Below are positions 42,981-46,909 of a DNA stretch of 46,909 nt, piece by piece. A program made the translations under genes and the position numbers. The stretch's first letter is position 1. Every line of letters starts with the position of its first letter. A model generated the notes under the pieces. The model saw only the letters and a list, made by a program, of their open reading frames with translations, had not been told where the DNA came from and made no database searches. The stretch is from a virus (Duplodnaviria > Caudoviricetes): positions 1 to 46,909 of IMG/VR virus record IMGVR_UViG_3300012940_000037; one strand, given 5' to 3'.

Positions 42981-43202
42981 CTAGATAACCGACTCTTCCG
43001 CGAACATCCGGTAGCCGTCAGCTATCGCTAGGTTCGCGTCGATGCCGGCAAACTTAGCGTAGTGGAAGATGTCGGCGAGGAGACCCGATAGCAAATCGAA
43101 CGTGCCGAGCTGCAACGTGTCGCCCGCCACCCCCTTCATACGCCTGTACTCGGCGAGCACCTCGCCGATACGGTCTGTGCCCATGTCCTTCGCGTCCTTC
43201 AT
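42981..43202 (-). CDS. Hypothetical protein (LL.D..HYA...G.D)
   Basis: Start-associated motif and AAGGA RBS. Confidence 0.7.
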   Translation of the reverse strand: MKDAKDMGTDRIGEVLAEYRRMKGVAGDTLQLGTFDLLSGLLADIFHYAKFAGIDANLAIADGYRMFAEESVI

Positions 43203-43314
43203 GATCGATTCCTTGCGTGAGCGAGTTGTTACATGGTGTTGCGAAGGACCACGGGCGATCGCACCTGTAGCACATCTCCCAGAAGAGTGGGCGCCGGCGC
43301 CTGGTCCTCCGCCG

Positions 43315-43521
43315 TCACAGGGTGACGTCCCAGCCCAGCCCGGCGAAGACCGCCGCCAACGACTCCCTAGGCACGCGACGATGCCCGCCAGGCGTTAGAA
43401 CCACACGACCGAGCTGGCCTTCTTTCATCCACCGGAGGATGGTGTTCTGGTTGAAGCCTGTCGCCTCTGCGATCTGTCCAGCCGACAGGACGGGGGGGTA
43501 TCCCCTGAGATCAAGATCCAT
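43315..43521 (-). CDS. Excisionase-like HTH_17 protein
   Basis: LS..QIA...G....TI.RW...G.L....TPGGHRR. Confidence 0.8.
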   Translation of the reverse strand: MDLDLRGYPPVLSAGQIAEATGFNQNTILRWMKEGQLGRVVLTPGGHRRVPRESLAAVFAGLGWDVTL

Positions 43522-43658
43522 GATCGATCCTTGCGTGAGCTATGCAGGGAGCGAACCTGCAAAGGGTGATCGCTCTGAACGGCGCTCGCGTTACCACGCG
43601 AGCGCCAGACACAGCGGTCAGTCACGCCTCCTGGTCGTCGCGGCCGCTACCTGGTTGA

Positions 43659-44270
43659 TCACGGGAGCCGCTTGACGGACAGGACGGCCGCGCGCAGCTT
43701 GACACCCTCGGGGATGTCCATGGAGAAGTCTTCCGCGATGCTGTACTTCGTGCCGTGCAGCTCGAAGCTGTTTGTCACGACCTCGCGGCCGGCCGCGGTC
43801 ACGCGGTAGCGCACCTGATAGCTGTCATCGGACGGAAGCGCGTCCGTGACGAGTCGCACCTCCACCTCGTAGTTGACGTTGCAGCCGGCCGAACCGAAGC
43901 ACTTGCGTCGCGTCTCGATCACGTCGAGACGAAGGTCTTTCTTCGTGAGCCGGCGCACGGGCGTAGGCGAGGGGGAAGGGGAGGACGGCTTGCGCGTGGT
44001 CGCGCTGGCAGTAGGAGACTCCGACACGGACATGACGGCAGACGTGGGCACGTCGGGCCGGCCGATCACTGCGAACGTCATGACGGACGAGTAAAGACTG
44101 AGCGCCACGATGGCCGCTGTCTTCCCGTGAGATGTCGCCTTAGGCGCGCGGTGCGCCGAGGTCATCGCCTGCGGGAGTGGAGGCGGGGGCATCAGCGGTT
44201 GCTGACCGGTGTGGAGCCTGTAGACGGGCTCCTGTGGCGCCCCGTGAGGGCGCTTGCTGTGGTCACCCAT
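43659..44270 (-). CDS. Membrane-anchored protein (KCFGSAGCNV)
   Basis: TM helix, Pro/Ser linker, CFGSAGC motif seen in actinophage membrane proteins. Confidence 0.7.
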   Translation of the reverse strand: MGDHSKRPHGAPQEPVYRLHTGQQPLMPPPPLPQAMTSAHRAPKATSHGKTAAIVALSLYSSVMTFAVIGRPDVPTSAVMSVSESPTASATTRKPSSPSPSPTPVRRLTKKDLRLDVIETRRKCFGSAGCNVNYEVEVRLVTDALPSDDSYQVRYRVTAAGREVVTNSFELHGTKYSIAEDFSMDIPEGVKLRAAVLSVKRLP

Positions 44271-44299
44271 TGGTCAAATCCTTTGCGTGAGCGATGTGA

Positions 44300-44491
44300 T
44301 CATGCCGGCGTGTCGCCGGCCTGGTTCCGTCTCTCAATGAGCGAATCGAGAGCCCTGCCGAGTACGGTAGGCGCAGCGAGCGAGATTACGCCGAGGAGGA
44401 AAGCCTTCTCGTTCTCGTTCGGCGCCAGGATCGTAAGGCGTCGGTTGACGCGCGACACCTTGTTTTCGTGCTTGTCTACGTCGCTGATCAT
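44300..44491 (-). CDS. Hypothetical protein
   Basis: GGAAGGG RBS. Confidence 0.55.
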   Translation of the reverse strand: MISDVDKHENKVSRVNRRLTILAPNENEKAFLLGVISLAAPTVLGRALDSLIERRNQAGDTPA

Positions 44492-44612
44492 ATATCCCTT
44501 CCTGTCGCCTGATCACTCCATGGAGCGCACTCCGGCGAGAGAACGAAGTTCTCACACTGAGCAGGTATCGCTACGTCGATACCTGCACCCGAAGTGCGCT
44601 CGGATGCAATGA

Positions 44613-44891
44613 TCAGGCGAGACCGAGTCGGCGCATGACGCGCTTTTCTTGCTCCGGGAATCGACACAGCGAACACGTGAAGTGTTCGGGGCACGTGCCA
44701 TTGTCGAGCCTCATGTGCTCTTTGGCGTGGGCGCCCGTGCTGAGTTCGTAGCCAGACATGCCCCATGCGACTAAGGCGTGACCCTCCCATTCCAGGTCGA
44801 TGGGGGAGACGTACGTCTCTTGAACGATGATGGCGTGCGCCCCTTGCGTGACATCGGGAGTCTTACAGAACACTCTGATTCCGCGTTCCAT
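44613..44891 (-). CDS. Hypothetical protein (MERGIRVFC...)
   Basis: GAAAGGG RBS. Confidence 0.6.
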   Translation of the reverse strand: MERGIRVFCKTPDVTQGAHAIIVQETYVSPIDLEWEGHALVAWGMSGYELSTGAHAKEHMRLDNGTCPEHFTCSLCRFPEQEKRVMRRLGLA

Positions 44892-44982
44892 GACGTGACC
44901 CTTTCTGTTTGAGCCTAAAACCGTGGCTGATCTCATTAACGGGCCGGCGCACTCCCCGAAGTGCGCTTGCCCTATGACAAGA

Positions 44983-45123
44983 TCAGTCACACTGCGGGCT
45001 GTTCTCAGTGCAGCCCTCTTCCGTACACCAGTCGCAAAGATTCGCGACGCGAATGTCATTGACCATGATGTGCTCGCCGCAGCATGCGCAGTCAGTGACA
45101 CCAGAGTGAGTAATGACCTTCAT
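44983..45123 (-). CDS. Small Cys-rich protein (MKVITHSG..CACCG..CDWC)
   Basis: GAAAGG RBS plus start-associated motif. Confidence 0.6.
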   Translation of the reverse strand: MKVITHSGVTDCACCGEHIMVNDIRVANLCDWCTEEGCTENSPQCD

Positions 45124-45218
45124 CGCGTGAGCCTTTCTGTGGCGGGAATCTGAGCATTGATTCCACTCCGGGGCCGGCGCCGCGTTTCCCGAAACGCGGC
45201 GCATGCCCTAGGGCAGGA

Positions 45219-45407
45219 TCAAACCCAACCGACGATTTCCAGGTCCCGAACCAGGTCCGCCATTTCGCTACGCATGCGAATGGCGTCGAACTTGTTACTG
45301 GCGAACAGGTCGCCGGCGCGCTGGTAAGCGGACATCATGCGAGCGTGCAGCGCGTCCGCCTCTTCGGTCGTGAGGACATTGAACATGGGGTTCCGGAGAT
45401 ACAGCAT
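45219..45407 (-). CDS. Hypothetical protein
   Basis: GAAAGGG RBS plus start-associated motif. Confidence 0.65.
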   Translation of the reverse strand: MLYLRNPMFNVLTTEEADALHARMMSAYQRAGDLFASNKFDAIRMRSEMADLVRDLEIVGWV

Positions 45408-45509
45408 CGTGATCCCTTTCCATTGCGTGAGCGATATCCGACCGATCTCCGCACCTCCCCTCTCGCGGGGAAGACGAGAGGGGAAGCACAGGCTACGATC
45501 GGCTAGCGC

Positions 45510-45821
45510 CTAGTAGTTCTCGCGGCGCGCGCCGCCGCGCGGCCCCAGAATGAAACGGAAGTTGGGGTAAGGGTCCTCGACCTCGCGGGGGTCGTACGTG
45601 TAAACGTCCATGCTGGTCTTCTCGTCAACAGCGGGAAACCGCGTGCCGTTGTTCTCGCGGTCCACAAAGTACGTGGGGAGAGGCCAACCCCCGGACGTTT
45701 CCGCGCGGGCGCGGAACGTCTCGCGTGCCCGAGCGATCGTGTCGAACTTCTCCAGGTCGCCGTTCTCGATAGAACCGGGCGAATAGGAGCTACCGCCATG
45801 CCAGAGAGCGAAGACAGCCAT
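45510..45821 (-). CDS. Hypothetical protein (W.GG..Y..LE.F..YP....GPRGG)
   Basis: Motif seen in actinophage early proteins; start-associated motif. Confidence 0.7.
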   Translation of the reverse strand: MAVFALWHGGSSYSPGSIENGDLEKFDTIARARETFRARAETSGGWPLPTYFVDRENNGTRFPAVDEKTSMDVYTYDPREVEDPYPNFRFILGPRGGARRENY

Positions 45822-45928
45822 GATGGCATCCTTTGCGTGAGCGATTCGCGTGGAATGGACAAGTGAGGCTGAGCGCTAGCCGCACCATTGGGCGGCCGGC
45901 CTCTGGGCCGGCAACCCTCCTGGCGCTT

Positions 45929-46171
45929 CTAGATGCCCTCGATACCGAGAGTCTCCGCGATGCTGGAGAACAGGCTCTCTGCGCGGTCGCGCATGTCCTC
46001 GGGGATGTCGCCGAGAGAGACGAATCCGACCGACGTGGAGAGAATCCAGATCAGAGCTTCCGTGTCGCCCTGGTTCGCTGTCATGTAAAACTCGCGGTTC
46101 CCCTTGTTCGCGTCGATCATGGCGCGAACCATCTCGGGAGTACCCATCGTGAACGATGCAGTGTGAGCCAT
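45929..46171 (-). CDS. Hypothetical protein
   Basis: GAAAGG RBS plus start-associated motif. Confidence 0.65.
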   Translation of the reverse strand: MAHTASFTMGTPEMVRAMIDANKGNREFYMTANQGDTEALIWILSTSVGFVSLGDIPEDMRDRAESLFSSIAETLGIEGI

Positions 46172-46264
46172 TGCGTGAGCCTTTCTGGACTGGAGATCAG
46201 AGCGATTGATCTCACTAATGGGCCTGCATCCCTGCCCCCGCGGGATACTTGCCCAATGGCAAGG

Positions 46265-46444
46265 TCAAACACGGCCGCGCCTGACAAGGGCGCTCACGGG
46301 CGCCCATTGCATCAGCCTGGTCTTGGGTGACGAATCGTTGTCGCCTGGATAGAGCAACGCCCATTTCTCTGGGGTGTCAAGGCGGATAACCACGTAAGGG
46401 TTGTCCTGGTAGGTGACGAGATCACCCTTTTTGATTATGGACAT
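46265..46444 (-). CDS. Hypothetical SH3-like small protein (MSIIKKGDLV...)
   Basis: GAAGGG RBS. Confidence 0.55.
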   Translation of the reverse strand: MSIIKKGDLVTYQDNPYVVIRLDTPEKWALLYPGDNDSSPKTRLMQWAPVSALVRRGRV

Positions 46445-46452
46445 CGGTTCCG

Positions 46453-46677
46453 CTATCCCTTCGCGCTGTAGGATGGAAGGGGAAGCCGAGCATCCCAACC
46501 TTCACCAGGCAACCGGCCTAGCCAATCGGCTAGCTGCTGAGCGGCTTCCCGGCCGTCAATTGTTTCGAGAACGTCTTTCCGCGGGTCTGTCTCGATTGCG
46601 TCTTCCCAATCTTCCACCATGTCGGCAACCCTGGCAACGAGTGCCATTGCGAGAGCTTGCTTTTGTGCTCGGTTCAC
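46453..46677 (-). CDS. First gene of the leftward early operon, hypothetical
   Basis: GAAAGG RBS; AA.QLA.WL..LPG..WD. Confidence 0.65.
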   Translation of the reverse strand: MNRAQKQALAMALVARVADMVEDWEDAIETDPRKDVLETIDGREAAQQLADWLGRLPGEGWDARLPLPSYSAKG

Positions 46678-46712
46678 GATCGCTTACCTTTCTCGCTTTG
46701 CTGTGTACCTCC

Positions 46713-46741
46713 ATCATGGGGACACTTAGCGATCATGTCAA
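46713..46741 (-). promoter_or_regulatory. Leftward early promoter (SigA/HrdB type)
   Basis: TTGACA-N17-CATGAT on the minus strand. Confidence 0.65.
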
Positions 46742-46786
46742 GACCCAAACTCAAGATTTTTTGAGAGCCGGCACAAAGAGCCGGCG

Positions 46787-46909
46787 ACCAGCGGCGATGC
46801 TCGTTGGCAAAGGGGTTCCCGGAGCGCTAGCGGAGGGGTTCCCACGGCAGCTTTACGGGCTGCACAGGTCGATACAGAACGCATGGCGAACCATGATCAA
46901 CTAACCTCG
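46787..46909. repeat. Terminal direct repeat, copy 2
   Basis: Identical to 1-123. Confidence 0.95.

Noticed and set aside
44505-44620. Hammerhead ribozyme
   Set aside because: It is a three-way junction but has no CUGANGA or GAAA core on either strand.
41980-46180. Repeated TTGCGTGAGC as a CRISPR-like array
   Set aside because: The repeats are only 8-16 nt, irregularly spaced hundreds of bases apart and separated by genes; there is no cas operon.

Overview
The window is an apparently complete, high-GC actinomycete temperate phage genome. Bases 1-123 are repeated exactly at 46787-46909, giving a unit length of about 46.8 kb. Layout: a non-coding hairpin-rich region and a GntR regulator (0.4-2.7 kb); a rightward podovirus-like virion module (terminase, portal, very large internal virion proteins, NlpC/P60, three tRNAs, scaffold, major capsid, tail tubular and fibre genes, CHAP-LysM endolysin; 2.9-26.3 kb); a leftward cassette of tyrosine integrase, structured RNA and lipoprotein (26.3-28.05 kb); a rightward replication/metabolism module (Cas4-like exonuclease, DnaB-like helicase, HJ resolvase, split primase, SPFH protein, RNA ligase, C5 methyltransferase, metallophosphoesterase, sigma-like factor; 28.8-40.4 kb); and a leftward early operon of small genes including Lsr2-like and excisionase-like genes (40.4-46.7 kb). 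I recognised no DNA polymerase, tape measure protein or cI-type repressor. The most striking feature is a candidate RNA-based immunity system. Ten leftward genes, including the integrase, carry GCUCACGC(AAGG) at the ribosome-binding site or start codon. Many leaders also carry hairpins with unrelated stems but a conserved (U/A)UCGCUC loop. The exact antisense sequence (GAACCUUGCGUGAGCGAG) lies 3 nt after the integrase stop codon, in a stem-loop that exposes GAGCGA as a bulge. All calls come from reading motifs by eye; no searches or folding programs were run.
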